Source of the DNA: Ruditapes philippinarum
Lineage: Eukaryota
Assembly: GCF_026571515.1 (NCBI RefSeq)
Contig: NW_026857342.1
Span: forward strand, 186,001 to 250,000
Reading direction: 5' to 3'
DNA: 64,000 bases
Within the stretch, counting starts at the first letter, position 1. Every line of letters starts with the position of its first letter. This document shows positions 23,631 through 38,491 of this stretch, in pieces. The position numbers and the translations under genes are program-made. Below the pieces are notes generated by a model that saw only the letters and a list, made by a program, of their open reading frames with translations, was not told the origin of the DNA and did not search any database.

Positions 23631-26600
23631 CTCACTTTTAATTAAAAGTACGTTACCGATCAGTTACGAAGGATATTTATAGAAATTCTTGTAGGTCTCG
23701 TAAGTAACTGAGTATCTATGTGTAACAAAATAATGAATTGGAAAATATTTTGATATAATGTAAAATTATTATGATTTTTCCGAAACAGTAACCATTTAGA
23801 CACGTATGAGCATTATGTCACTTTAACTCCGTTAGAGAGTTGCAATGTGGCACAAATGAAATGATGGAGACTCTAACTTGGACCCAAAGTAACAACGGAT
23901 TGCAGTATATCGAGTGATTTCAAACGTGACAAACATTTATGTTTAAAGGATTTATAAAGCTCGAATAAATTCTATTTTTGTTTTGTTTTTCTTTAATTGT
24001 TTAATTCACCCTTTCATGTAGTTTTAAAAATGTTTCTCTGTTTTATATACTCTGCTATTGTTGTATGACAAATATGACATAAGACTTGGCGGATCAACGA
24101 CCTTTTTATATGTAATCCAATTTACCTGATTCTCTGAACCCCACAATTTTTCGAAACATCTGCGTTCGTCACATATAGCAGGTCATTGTTCCCTGAGACT
24201 CATTATTCATAATATAACAGATCTGTACATAGTCTTGTGATAGATATGAAGCAAAGGCAGACACATACGTTTACATTATGAAAGAATATGATGCATTGTC
24301 AAATAATTTACATATGTATGTGTTGTGCATAATATTATATTTTCTTTCTCGATTCTTAATATTTTGAAAACATTGTACATGTTTGGAGAATAATATTTCC
24401 GCTAATTAATCTTCTTTGTTTGTTTCCTATTCTTCAATTTATCCAAATCCTTTCTTGTGTTTGCTATGATGAATAAACAATGACTTCACTGTTTTGACTG
24501 ATAATCCAGTTATTACAATTCCGCACGCCAGTACAACAGGTACTATTAGGCTTCAAGAATTGGTAGCTTATTTTTTTCACATGTGATGTACCTTTCTACT
24601 TTTCCAAGAATTCAACAGTTTAATATGTTCATTTAATCTATTTCTAAGAACTGTGTTCTGTAGTTTAGTTTGAATTGACAATTAACTAGTTACAAAGCTG
24701 TATAGAAACAGGAACAGTGAATTTCATATGAAGTTAACACTAGTCTAGCAGCAAATGTACTACAACAACAAGACGTTTGTAATGATTAAAATGTTGTACA
24801 TAAAGCAAGTGCATATTTTTTTGCTTTGCTGAATTGAATAAATATGATATATATTAAATTTTGTACAATTATACAATTTATTTTAGTATTATGTTTCTTA
24901 TAAAAATTTGTGATGATAGCTTTGGCATACAAAATGTCATGAAGAAACAAACATTGTTAAGTAATTTTGATTAAGTCTAAATTTATTAATTAATATAACT
25001 GGGTATTTATTCCCGTTAAAATAGAGTGATTTCATGAATTGCTTTTCTTTTCTAAGACTTTTAGAAATGTTATACATTCTGTAATTATTAACACATCGTT
25101 AGTTAATGTAATAATTCTGGTAAATATTGCAAACATACTCTTATGTAAAAATTTAAATTAATATCTTACAAAATGTTATAAATGTTCGCAAATATAATAT
25201 ATTCATTAAGCAAACTACCTACGATCAAACGATTTTACTAATAGAACAAATGTAAGTCATTAAATATTAAGCATCATTCAAATAAACATTCCTCCATAAT
25301 CGTCAAATTACTCTAAGTGATTTAGAATATGAAATTGTTTCATTTTGTCTGCTATTTCCATGGTTATCAATAAAAAAAAAACATAAAAAAGACGAAAATA
25401 AAAACAGATATTATAATATTGCACATCAGTACAGCAGGTTTCTGAATTTGTAGCTTTTGCATATACTCGTATTTTGGTGCAAGACACAAATAAAGTGATG
25501 TTTTGTTAGTTCTGTATACTATCAATGAAAAGGCCGTTATAGGCTTTCTTTAAGATTTCCATTTTCGACCCGTATACTTTCAATACGAATGTACCGTAAT
25601 TGATTACAGAACATAAAAAAACAGTCTTAATTATGAAGCCATTTCCCCGTTTGTAGCTATTTCTGTTCATACTTACACCAATTCTAGAGCATTATTGTTA
25701 GCACGTTTGCAGTATGTGCGTCTGCTACATCAGATATTTGATGACTTTTTTAACACATGAAACAAAGATTAACATATATAGCCTTATTAAACTTATTAAA
25801 TGATGCATTCGAATGAGAATAAAACATAGACAAAGCGTTAGGAGGTCCGATGCTTGTTAAGGAAACAGTGTCATGTAGATGACAAAATTGATTTGCCTTA
25901 TATTATGGTGATAACAAGAGAAATTTTCATAAAAGTAGTAGGTTAAATGTGTATCGTACATTTTTTCTTGTTTTTACTTTATCTAATAATATTTATATGA
26001 TAAATAACATGAAAAGATATTCATAGTATTGCATAAACAATAACACTGAAAATAAGAATATTTGTCTGTTGGTTTTGTTTGATTCTGAGTCACACAGACA
26101 CTGTTTAGTCCATACGAATAACTGGTGGAGGAGGACAAAATTAACTTGAAAGTTTTGATTTATACAATTGCACCATTTATAGATTAAGGTTTTCTTGAAA
26201 GTTCACGGTATACAATCTTATTTACAGTGATGCTATTACTCCCGAAGTATATTTTTACCCTAATATCGTTAACTCCTTAAAAGGAAAATATATTATTTAT
26301 AAAACTTCTTTAAAATATGTAAACATTATGCTCATTTTATTATGTTAGATCTTTATTCATGCTCAAAGCATGACTTTTACATTTATGGCGGGAACATTGA
26401 CTATAAAAGCTCGTGAATTTATTGGGCAATTTTTAGATAAATCGTTTGCAAAAAAGACAACAACAACAGCAACAATGACATCATGCCTATCCAAGGGTAT
26501 ATAGTTGGTGAAGAGGCCAAAGTCAAAATATGCTTACTTTTCCCCATTATTCCTTTGAATTTTATGATTTGCTATGCATGATCGAAAAATAATGCACGTA

Positions 26601-28011
26601 ACCAAAATACATTTCTATAAATATCCAGCGGAAATTTCCTGTAACATGCAATTTTTCAATGAAAAAATGAGCATAATGTCTCTTTAAATTGCAGATAAAA
26701 TCTTTCGAACATTATAAGTACTTTTACCAAAAATTGTTTCACACTCTTTCAAGCACAAATTATTTCGACTTTGTCTATAAATATTTTAAACATTTTAAAA
26801 AAATACTTCCTAAATAGGATAAATCATCCGTTTACACAGTACGTATATGTTATGTTACAAGTATGAGAATGACCAGAAGCATGTTGGAAATTTACAGTGA
26901 TTATCGTTCCTCAAAAACGATAGATTTTGTATTATTTGATATTGTATTGAACATGCACAATACTAGCATTCATTCCAACGGGACAACGGTTATACAATTA
27001 GATGTCAAATTTTAAGTTATTCCTCAATATTTTGCCATCATTTTATTACTTGCTTTAAATTGAATAATAAGCAAGGTTTTATCTCAGACTGATAATCTGT
27101 GCTAAGAAGTCTTCGTGCGTACTCGAAATTTCATAAGGTTACCTCACTCAATACAATCATTTGGTGCCATTGTGGCAATCATACTTTCTATTTTCAATGA
27201 AACATATCATTACATGCTGATAAAACTACCTTTCAGAGACTGCGGTTTTAGAATTTATTATATACAGAACTTGTTTCACACCAAATTGGTATTCTGTTAA
27301 AACAGAAGATACTTAAATGCAACATGAGGTTATTAGGTTAAAACGGAAAAAACTCTAACGTGCTGAAGAAAACCAAATCACTTTGTGATGTAAGGCCGAC
27401 AAAAAGTTTCTTAGAATCTCTGAATATAATGTGGATATTTTGTTTTACAAACATAATGCAATCAACACATTCATTTAAATGGTTTCAATCTTTTAATTAT
27501 TATAGATATAACTATATTTTTTAAATGACGCTATGTAATCAAAAGGGAATGACGTGTGGTCTATGTAAGTTTTGTTTGCAATTTCGTTTACGTTTTATGT
27601 GCAATAATGTAATTATAGATATTTTTTATAAATATCTAAGTCTATTGGACATAAATATGATAGTTTGGATGAAAATATAACATTTAATATCTATCAAGTT
27701 TCCTTTGTCTACCAAAATGTACGAATTATTCACCGTTTCATTGTTTTCAAAGAAACATTAGCTAACTTGAAGTAAAATGATTTGAGCTTATAAAAACATT
27801 TCAAAAATATTGGCAGCACAATATGTGAGTAAATGTGCTTATTTTACGTAGAAGTGTAGTTTAATAATTTATGTGACATCTTTTGTTACCGCTTCATTAT
27901 TTATCTACAATTCTACAAAGACATCAAAACATGTTGAAATGTCAACAGACAAGAACTTCCTTTAAGTTCATCATTCTCATTAATAGCATAAATTGAAACA
28001 TATGAAGCAGA

Positions 28012-28145
28012 CAGAAATCAAATCCCTGACGAAAGTCCAAACTGCAAAATTGAAATATTGCAGGCTCGGTTTGTTTGAGCTTGTTCTTAAACAGTATTGG
28101 AAAGTGCAATTAACTTCTAACGCCTACTAGCACCCGCTTGATCAA
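28012..28145 (-). mobile_element. Degenerate family-1 copy (paralogue at ~58629-58752)
   Basis: GCAAAATTGAAA..TTGCAGGCTCGGTTTG..GGAAAGTGCAA..ACGCC..CTAGCACC retained; predates the unit duplication. Confidence 0.7.
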
Positions 28146-31100
28146 AATTTATTCTACATTTAAATACGGTTGTGGCAATTTTGGTCGTTCATCCTAGTTA
28201 TGGCGCTTTTTTAGCGCTATCTCTTCCTAGTGCGGGAATTACAACTGACCGTCCAAAAGAGCGATCGGAGTTTATAACATTAGTTTATCTGTGATATATA
28301 AACTAAATACCAAAATCGCAGTGTTATTATCAAAATTGCTTTATGAGAGAGTTTTGCATTTGTGATGAAGCATTTTCTATTCAAAAGAAAAAAAAACACA
28401 AAAAAATGAAGCAAGTACAATATATGTATATTTATGCTTTAAAATGACTACATACATGCAAGTAAATCTAGCTTGAAATAGTTTAATTAATAGCAAACAC
28501 CAAATAATAATTTATACCGACAATTTTAAGATGAATTTGTCTGCGCGATTATGAACTATTTATATCTAAAATGTGTTTATATCTGTTAAGTCGAGTTTTT
28601 ATTTATTTTATGTATTCTAACATGCAAAAATTGTATCTAATACAAGATACAAAATTAAATAAGCGGTCATAAATGTAATATAACTCAATTATACCTTTGC
28701 TGACCAATCTAACAAATCAAGAGAACAAAATTAGCAGTACCTTAGTTCTATGCAGCCTGCAACCTTTTAGGAACATTATATTATGAGTTATAAATATTTT
28801 TGACAGTTATAAATATTTTTGACATGGTTATATTGCAAACAACCGTTTATATACGGTCATATAACCTGTCAGGAATATTTATAACGAGTTTATAATACAG
28901 CAAACTTCCTTTTCTTGAAAAAAATGTGAGATTTCTTAGAAAATTGACAGCAGCCGTGTATACAAAACTATAAAAACGTCATGATTATCCAATGTAAAGT
29001 GACGTTACACACGTGCAGTATTATAAATGTGAAATATCTTATTTAAAGTTTCTCTTTTGGAAGACATTCAGTAATCTTAGTTATTGCTTTAACAAATTTC
29101 CCATTTGTGGTTATATCTGGTCATGAAATGCGCCGGTACCAATTTTAGAGCATTATTTTCAGCAAGTTTGTTGAATGTATGTCTGTAACGTAGGAAGTTC
29201 GATGAGCTTTTAACACATCAAACAAAGATTAACATATGTTGTTTCATCACAGAAAATTACAGAAAATAAAACATAGATTAAGCGTCCACAGATCAAATGC
29301 ATGACAATGAAACAGGTCTATGTAGATAACAATATTGATTTGCCAGTACCAGAAATAGATACAGTGGTGTGCATATTCGTCTAAGAAATATTCTAGAGAT
29401 AGGTACTTATAAAAATAACCCATTTGTCAGTGCCCTCTTTCGTTTTTGAATCGATTAAACCACTTTACTCACCTTGAACAGAAAATGTGTATACTTAAAT
29501 ACATTTTGTTGTTGCTTTTGTTGTTGTTATTTGAATGAATACACGTTTACTGTTAAACATGATCATTTGCGATTTGTTAGTTACTAAATGGGCAAAATGT
29601 GTTAACGTTTGATGTTGCTAATGAAATATTAATAAGTGTTTAATTTAAAATATGTAATTTTATAGGTATTTATTGATAAATGATGCTTAACTTGCTAACA
29701 AATATGGTACGTGGTTTTTAAAATGTAAATAAAATCAGATCTACACGGTAAAAATATTTCATATTTGACAAGATCAAACAAATGAATATTATATACTTTT
29801 GAGAAATTAAAAACAGCCCCTTATTTTCGGAAATGTTTAAAATTGCGTCCTTCTTTTTAACGATTTGCTCTCTTTTGTTATTAAATTCCATCTTATTTTT
29901 AAATTATTGTGCTTATAAAGACATTTTAAAAACTGAAATTGTCTCACTCTTGCTATTCTTATTAACAAAAAAAGCTAGTTTTATATTTTATATAAACGAT
30001 ATTCCTTAAATCACACAATTACTGTCCAACATTAAGCTATTTATAAAAATTGTTTATCGCAAAATCGTTTTGAAAGTCAGATAACACAAAAACATATTTG
30101 AAGAAGTATAAGTGCCTAACAACTTTATCACTTAAATGGGTTCAAAGGTTTCAAATCAAGGCAATAATTATAAACGTCAATGTTTTTCATTTGGCGCCAG
30201 TAAAGCAATTATACTTGTAACAACTCATTTAAAGATATCATTAGCTAAACCATTTTTGGATTCAAGAAAGAAAAACTTGATTGAACGCTTAATTTATACA
30301 TTTGTGTTGATTCCCTCTTTTTGGCCATTAATGAAATACCATATAACTATATCAAATTATAGGCAAATCAGTTCTTCCCAATATTCCCTAAACGATTTTA
30401 GGAAACTTTTAAAGGCTGTTTTTCACTTTCTTTATTTTCTTTCCTTTAAATGTGTAGCCAGTTTTATTACTTGTCATATAAGATTTCCGTGATTAAGGTG
30501 TATTTGTGTTAGAAATGAGAGACAGTATCGCTTTTGTAGCTTTATTAAAAGAAATAATCTAAAACCAAACAGACTTAAATATTAATTTTATAATAGATGT
30601 GTCAATTTTACCATTTTACATAATTGTAAAGTAGGTAATTTAACGCATTTGTTCAATCATTTGAGAAACAGTTCATTTGAGTTTTTGTTGTTGTTGTTGT
30701 TGATGATGTTTAGATTCTTAGGAGACATACAATTGAATTTAAAATAACGTAAATTATTTTTGCGTGTTTCTGTATTTAATATTATTATTATTGAATTATT
30801 CATAAAGAGAAACTGAAATACAAAGTCATTAATGACTGATAAATGTTTGTTTTAGTCTATAACTATTCCTTTGAAATACACGTGCTTTACAATGAATTTG
30901 GCACTCGACTAATGTTTCAAACGGAATATATCCAATTTTATTATTCATACATCGTTTCCTTATTTGATTGTTAATTTTAACTCATTTTTGTTCATATCTC
31001 GATGATTTGTCAACCTTACAGGCTTTCTCTGTTAACTTACTAGTAATAACCAATTTCTCCGATAAAAACCAACTGTCATATGTCACGACGAAATTTTACC

Positions 31101-31331
31101 AAGCCCGAGGATCCAAATCCGAACCGATGCTTTCCGTATTGAATTATGAACGCTACTAGATTGGTATATTTGAGTTTTGATATGTATTTACATCAATATA
31201 TTTTACTTCAATATCTTCAATAGCTCCGCGAAATTAGAAGTTAGGAAGTTAAAGTCTAAAGTCGACTGTCACAAATGATGCCTAAATAAGTGGCCATGTT
31301 CGAAGATTTTGAAACATTAAGCATTTGAAGC

Positions 31332-32566
31332 ATGCATTTTAGAAAATCTCGTGCTGTGCAGACTACATTTAGTTTCAATGTAGGTGAAAATATTCTCGAA
31401 ACAGTGGATCGATATAAGTATCTTGGTGTTGTTCTTAATGATAAAGGGCATATTTCATATCACTGTGAAGCTTTGGCAAAAGGTGCTGGTCGTGCATTGG
31501 GAAATATTATTTCTAAAATACATAACTATAAAGAGTGTGGATATAAATCATTTACAAAACTGTTCGAATCATGTGTGATACCAATCTTAGACTATTGTGC
31601 TTCTGTATGGGGATTCAAACATTACTAATCAATAGACAATATACAATACCGTGCTATACGCTATTATCTCGGTGTTCACCGTTTCGCCCCAAAACTTGCA
31701 CTCACTGGAGACACTGGATGGCTACCAAGTAATTATCGCCGTTGGATATCAATAATACGATATTGGAATAGGCTTATTTTATTCAATGGTAATAGGATTA
31801 CTAAACGCGTCTTCAACATGGACTACAATAAATGCAGAAATAATTGGTGCAGTGACGTTAAAACAGTTATGACAAATTTGATCTTGGTCAGTCAGTTTGA
31901 GAACAAAGATAAGCATAGATTACGTTTAGACCAGGATAACTCAATATTATACGGATATTTGGAAAACTGACGAAATTACGAACCTATGTTACCCTTAAGG
32001 ACAATTTTATAAAAGAAAAATATGTACAGTTAAATTTGAATAAAAATTAAAGATCAATGTTAACTCAGTTTAGGTGTGGCATTCACCCGTTAAGGATTGA
32101 AACTGGACGTTATATCAGTGAAACACCAGAGCAGATAATTTGTTTGTTGTGTACCGATAAAATAATAGAAGATGAAAAGCACTTTTTAGTCCAATGTTCC
32201 TTTTACAACAACATCAGAGTAGACATTTTTAGTGAACAATTTATGAATGCAGATTTTATGAACAGGAACGATGATATGAAAATGAAATATCTTGTTGTGA
32301 GTTTTCCACGAAAAGTAGCTAAATACCTTGTTAATGCTTATCTTAAAAGAAAGAAATCCTTGTTTAATCGTTGAAATATTTATCCTGCAATATTGATGAT
32401 GTGTACAGTATAATAATTTCATGTGAACTATTTACAATGTTTATATGTTTCAGGTGTCTTATTGGTCCATTGGGCCAGGTGTTGTGTTAAATTATTTAAT
32501 TTCGTTATTTGTAAACTGTCATACACATGTCACTATAATAAAATATTTACTTACTTACTTACTTAC
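31332..32566 (+). mobile_element. CR1-group (CR1-Zenon-like) LINE, 5'-truncated, degenerate
   Basis: RT end (YKYLGV), C-terminal CLLC...EDEKHFLVQC knuckle, stops and frameshifts, AATAAA plus (TTAC)n tail; absent in paralogues at ~51180 and ~61620. Confidence 0.9.
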
Positions 32567-33661
32567 ATTAACAGCCATTTCACGTTCAGTCTCTTGGTTT
32601 ACCTGCTAAAGGGACTCCTTTTTGACATAATGGTTTACCACTTGATGAAGATCAAGATCAATTACTATTGTGCTTAATTTCAGATTATTTATAAATCTGT
32701 TTTTCAAAAATAGTGTGCAAAATTATCTGAAACATATAAACGTTTTAAAAGAGTTTAACTGAAATCTTGCAAGGAATCATGTTTTCATTCAATTTCGTCC
32801 ATGTTATTTATTTCTGTTAATATACTCGTAAAAATATCGATATTGCTGTTTACCTTCTTGTCAAATGCAAATCAGTAAACTTTTGAGAAAAAAAATCGAC
32901 CTAGTGTAATTGTTTAAAATATCAGTTAAAATCTAAGTTATTATCACGTGTTTAAAAATGTTATCTGCTACAATTTGTCGCAGATAATAGATATTAATCA
33001 ATTATGATCATTTAAAACAATTTGTCAAGGAAATGAAGAAAAATGGAGAACGATTTCTCCTACCATTACTTAATTCTATTCCAGCGATCAAATTGTGCGA
33101 TTTTATACCGTGACACAATCTGAACTGTTAAAAGATGGTTCCATTAGAACACGTCGATTAAATCAATTACGCTGACAATTGATCATGCAATCAATCTATA
33201 ACACGTCCTTCTTAAAAAGAAATAATGCAATATTTAATCTCCCTTTCCAACACAATACAATCTTATAAGACGTTATTCGACATTTTAAGCAATAACGTTA
33301 GTTCGCAGTTTCTTAACCTTTGCACAAGTTATACATACTTGTAATATTTTGTCCTTGTCTTGCATTATTTTAAACGGAATTATTGCTCGTTATACCATAC
33401 TAATAAGTTGTAGTACATTTACAAGCTTAATAAAATAAATTGCTGCTCCATTTTATTTTTTAATAGACCTACAATTTAAGAAACAATTTTGTTGAAAGGA
33501 AAAAACAATAAATATCTAATTGAAATACAATCTATGTAAGGAAGAGTACAAAACTTTTCTAAATGTAAATTATCGTAAACAAAGTCTATGAGTTCTTGAA
33601 TATATGTGTTAAAAACTAAAGACAAACCTATTAGTTTGCTACATTGATAACTTGTGTTGTT

Positions 33662-35843
33662 ATAAGTAGTAATCTTTATTTACATCTCATCATTGTACAG
33701 ACATATACACAATGTTAAAAAAATTACAGCATAAAAGTACAATGCCACTCCAGCATGGAGTTATAAGAGATGAAAAAATATCACAATATTATAATATAAA
33801 TATATATATATATATATATAAATACATAAATCATTAGAACAACACGTTTAAGTAAAATAAAACTCCATACATAGACTAATAAAAGGAAACATCGTGACTA
33901 CCTAAAAGAAGCAATTTAAGATAGTAAGCGTACAACATTAAAACTGAGAAATCGTATAAAAATAACTAAAATAACGATTTTATTTCAGTTAAAAAAACAA
34001 ACAAACAACAAATTAATAAGAATAGCTAAGAAGAATAGCTGTAGTATTTCATACAAATGTGACAGATAGAAATATTTACATGAATAAGAAGCTATTTACA
34101 TAATAAAAACCGGCGTCTTTGTAAAATATTAAAACAGGTTTTGGCACAAATACGAATCATATCTATGTTTGTAAAAAGAAAACGGTATTTGTCATCATCA
34201 GACAGTGTCGAAAAGCTGTTATTTAAGGAACATGCTTTAGCCAACAAATCCCGCCTTATATCATTGTAAAGAGAACAATTCAAGATAACATGTAATTCGT
34301 TTTCTATACTATCAGTATTGCAAAAAGGACAGATCCTGGCTTGCTCTGGTAAGCCTTCATACCTCCCAGTTTCAATCCTTATGGGAGCGACCCCAATACG
34401 GAATTTACAGAAAGCAGATCTATGACTTGGTGGTAATATAAGTTTACAGTATTTTTCTACTTTATACTCAGTTTTAAATTTACTATACACTCGTAACTTA
34501 TTACGTCCACGACCAGAGGGCCCAATAACATTGTTGATTTTGTTATACCAAATACTTATACAATTATTCAATGTTTTCACTTCAACATCATGGGCAAAAG
34601 AACGAGGTATAGTACTGATAAAACTGGTGTACAAATGTAAATCATTGACATCATAATAACTTCTAACATGAAAATACCAGTTTCTACATGAGCGACTAGC
34701 TTTATTATAAGACCAGAGTGCCAAACGTTTATTAATTCTTGCCGAACTCATACATGATAGCTTAGACCAGTATAAAGAAATACATTTCCATTGTCGGACA
34801 ATTGGGGGTTTCCAACCCATATCGCCTGCTACACCATCATTAGGTGAATATTTCCCGACACCAAGAAAGAAACGCATAGCTCTGTTATGAACGGCCTCGA
34901 TACAAGAATATGACCGGAAACCCCATAATGGAGCGCTGTAATTAATAACTGGCCAAACGACGGTGTCGTATAATTTTGTAAAGACATCGTATGGTACACC
35001 ACCAATGACTTTGCATTTAGCAATTAGCAATCCTAAAGCACGACTGGCACTCTGGGCAACAGATTTTACAGTAATATCGTAATCTAAATGTTCATTAAGT
35101 ACTACGCCTAAGTAAGTATATCTATCAACAATACAAATCTGATTCGTTCCGCAAGTAAACATAAATTGGGTACATAATTCAGATTTCGGTCGGAAGTGTA
35201 CAACATTACTTTTATTGGCATTAACATTCATATTATTAAGCGAACACCAGCATTCTAGAGCATTTAATAACACTTGCAGATCCTCTGCTGATTCGGACAG
35301 TATAACAATATCATCGGCGTACAGCATAATACAAACATTCTCGGTTTCAATGTCTATACCTTTACCAAATGATTTAAGATAAATGGACAACTCGTTAATG
35401 AATAAATTAAACAAAAGAGGTGAAAGGATACATCCCTGACGTAGGCCACAATTAACATCAAACCAACCTGTCCTATGATTGTTAACCCTAACACATGACT
35501 TTACCGATACATATAATGATTTTACAGCTCCAAACATTTTACCACTTATGCCTATATCAGATAAGCGCTTCCATAAAATACTTCTATCTATAGTATCGTA
35601 TGCCTTTTTAAAATCTATGAAAGCACAAAAAGTGGATTTACGTAACTTTTTCCTAGTTTCAATTAAATTTGTTAAGCAAAGTACTTGGTCTGTAGTACTC
35701 CGACCTTTTCTAAAACCATTCTGTTCGTCAGAGACCTTATCATTGTTTTCGGACCAAGCATTTAACCTACTATTTAAAATAGAACAATAAATTTTATACA
35801 TAGAAGGGGCTAGGGCAATACCTCTGTAAGACAAGGGGTCTCT
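33662..35843 (-). mobile_element. CR1-group (CR1-Zenon-like) LINE, 5'-truncated
   Basis: Contains the uninterrupted RT ORF; 3' UTR with (TA)n and AATAAA near 33675; absent from the paralogue at ~52305. Confidence 0.92.
34092..35834 (-). CDS. Non-LTR reverse transcriptase plus C-terminal CCHC knuckle (ORF2 lacking the endonuclease)
   Basis: 580-aa ORF with SYRGIAL, QNGFRKGRS, FIDFKKAYD, GLRQGCILSPLLF, LYADD, YTYLGV, CPFC...ENELHVILNC. Not a native start: the element is truncated. Confidence 0.92.
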   Translation of the reverse strand: MSYRGIALAPSMYKIYCSILNSRLNAWSENNDKVSDEQNGFRKGRSTTDQVLCLTNLIETRKKLRKSTFCAFIDFKKAYDTIDRSILWKRLSDIGISGKMFGAVKSLYVSVKSCVRVNNHRTGWFDVNCGLRQGCILSPLLFNLFINELSIYLKSFGKGIDIETENVCIMLYADDIVILSESAEDLQVLLNALECWCSLNNMNVNANKSNVVHFRPKSELCTQFMFTCGTNQICIVDRYTYLGVVLNEHLDYDITVKSVAQSASRALGLLIAKCKVIGGVPYDVFTKLYDTVVWPVINYSAPLWGFRSYSCIEAVHNRAMRFFLGVGKYSPNDGVAGDMGWKPPIVRQWKCISLYWSKLSCMSSARINKRLALWSYNKASRSCRNWYFHVRSYYDVNDLHLYTSFISTIPRSFAHDVEVKTLNNCISIWYNKINNVIGPSGRGRNKLRVYSKFKTEYKVEKYCKLILPPSHRSAFCKFRIGVAPIRIETGRYEGLPEQARICPFCNTDSIENELHVILNCSLYNDIRRDLLAKACSLNNSFSTLSDDDKYRFLFTNIDMIRICAKTCFNILQRRRFLLCK

Positions 35844-38099
35844 GCATATATGTTATATGTTGTCATCGATCTTATCGATCTTCTATTTTCTTTTGTCGGC
35901 TTATAATGAAATATTATTTAGCACTTGTTTTTCAGTGAACGAATTTCATAATTTCATATTTTACTGTTTTAGTAATTCCTTAAAAACGCCAAAAACAGCA
36001 TAAAGTAAAAGCACGCAGCCTCGCTTGGATTACGTGTGCGACTTGAGAAAATCTTTAATGAATTTGATTGCATATAGACAAAAGGTATATTTGCTATTTT
36101 CAATTACTATGTTTTACTGTGTCTTTTTACGTTTAAGGTTGCTTGAATAACCTTTTTTCTTCAAATATTACATCGAGTTGAAAAAAAACATCAAGCGCAC
36201 GAAAGAATGTGTTTTTCGAAAACCCATATAAATTCTTATTATTCTAGTTAATCTTTATATAGTGTCAATATTCAGAATTGCAATCCCGTGTTATAAAAAG
36301 TAATTGACATTCAACCTTTGAGTTATTTATATATGATTTGTAGACTGGGCAGATTTTATGAAAGAGGAGTAAGAAAAAAAATCCAAGACAATCAAATTGT
36401 TAAAATGTCGATCAGCATTAATATAATTAAGTATTCAGTATTTATAAAACAAGGATCAAAGCATTGTTTCTTAGAAGTTACTTCAACACGTTTTACCGTG
36501 ATATAATTAAATAAGCTAACTTAAAGGTAAATTCAATTGATTTGATTCTCCTAAATTTAGAACTATTAATTCTCACATTTTAATTATTACAACTTTAAAC
36601 TTCGTTTTGTGCAAAAAGATAACGATTATATGGGTACATATAACAAGAACATTTAAAATTGTGAATCTTAGATCTCTACTAATTAGTGTAATGTAATTCC
36701 AATGTTTCTGCTTAGACCATTGATAGAATAAGATAATGTTAGGTAATAGATTAAAAGGGTGTTATAAATAAGGGTAAAGTCAAAAATAATGAGGCAAAAA
36801 TTTGAAAATAGGGTCAAAATTGAAAATTTATATTTCATTTTATTTTTCACCTAAAACCATGTGATATTGATTGATGTTTAATGCCGAGTAATTGGATTTT
36901 ATCTAACACAACACAAATTGTATAAATCAACATTTTATTTCAACTTATTAACAAAAATTAACAAAACCAATGCTTTATAAAATTGTGTCACTATACTTCC
37001 CAATGTTAATTAAATCATATGTTTTTGTTATATGTTAGTAACAGTAGTGATGTTAGGATAAGAAATACACCATTTTTTTTTACCAGAAGTTTTACAACAG
37101 AAAAAAATGCTATTGTTGTGTTACAAAAGTCTGATTTTCTTTAATGTAAGTACATCATGTTTTTCTATAGCTGGAGAAAATTGGGCAGAGAAATAAAAAA
37201 GTAGTTGTTAGTATGTATTAATAAATACTTTGATGTAAAATAAAGTTTCCAAATATTTCAACCTTTCAAAAAAAAATAATATGCAGTCAAATTTAACTTT
37301 GATTTTACATAAAAGCGTTACACTCCTGACATGACTAGCATAAGTTGTTTAAATGATAATAGTTCTTTACAGAAACATTGGAGGTAACAATAACATAAGA
37401 AAGACATGTACAGAACAACACTTATGTTTGAAAACATACTGATAGGTTATTAAATTTGAGAATAATTCTTAGAGGAAAGATATGAAGTTGCACTTAAAAC
37501 CGCAAACAAGTTTCTAACAAGTAAACAATTAGAAAATAAATGGAAATAAAGGTTATAAACATTAATTAAGCTTCTGTTCCTAACCATTAGGAAAATATGA
37601 AAATGATTTGTACCATGAAGAATCTATTTCACAAAAAAAATTACAGTAACACTTTAACATTTGAGTGTTACACTCCTGACAAATTCAGGCAAGACACTTA
37701 ATATCTTAAAATATTGATTTAAAAACTTTTACAATGAAATACTTAAGACAAGTATTAAGTTTTCTATGTTAATTGTTCCTTTTTGTTTGTCTTGCCTTTT
37801 TAAAAACACTTTGATAAAACCTTTTATAAATCTTTACTATATATAAATGTTAACCATCTGAGTGTAAAGATATTTTTTTGTATATATGACAATGTTCTAC
37901 TTGCTTTTCTACCCCTGTTTCATTACCATACTGGTTTAAGAGGACATTTACTTAAATAAAAGGATAAAAAGTAAACTACAAATTTAAACTACAAACATTA
38001 ACATGAACTGTCAAAATGTGTTTACACTCCTGACACAAGATGTGCACTTGACACTGTTTATTTTGAAAATATATGATTTCTTGGATTTTAAGTCATTCA

Positions 38100-38491
38100 G
38101 GTTAAATTTAAGCCTGATTCCGCGGCCAGGAAGAAGAATTGGCATTTTTGAGCTTCTGAACAATATCTTCCAAAGACTGCCAGGACACATCCTCTTTGGC
38201 TGGCCAAAACTGTACTCGTCAGCACCTCCGCTTGCTTTAAGGAACCTAACTTGGATGTCATCATCTGCCCTGTGATATTACCTATTCAATAAGTAGTTAA
38301 TATAATTTAAATGAGTTTATTTGGTCAAAGAAAAACAATTTCATTTCAAATTCTAAAAAATTCCGTCATAAAGTTACTGAGGAAACTAATGAAAAGTATA
38401 CAAAAACAACAATAACCCACCTTAGCAATGTACAGATATGTTTTTCTGTTTTGACTTGAGAGCTACAGCTACAAAATCTTCAGGGTTAAAT
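38100..38491 (-). pseudogene. C-terminal exons of the transposase gene
   Basis: Exon ~38491-38422 (FNPEDFVAVAL) and exon from 38281 (DDDIQVRFLK...WPAKEDVSW...PGRGIRLKF, with frameshifts); canonical splice sites. Confidence 0.6.

Noticed and set aside
30136-30492. 118-aa ORF partly repeated at 60472-60756
   Set aside because: Similarity reflects the tandem duplication; copies at ~19.9 and ~50.1 kb are frameshifted; no recognisable domain.
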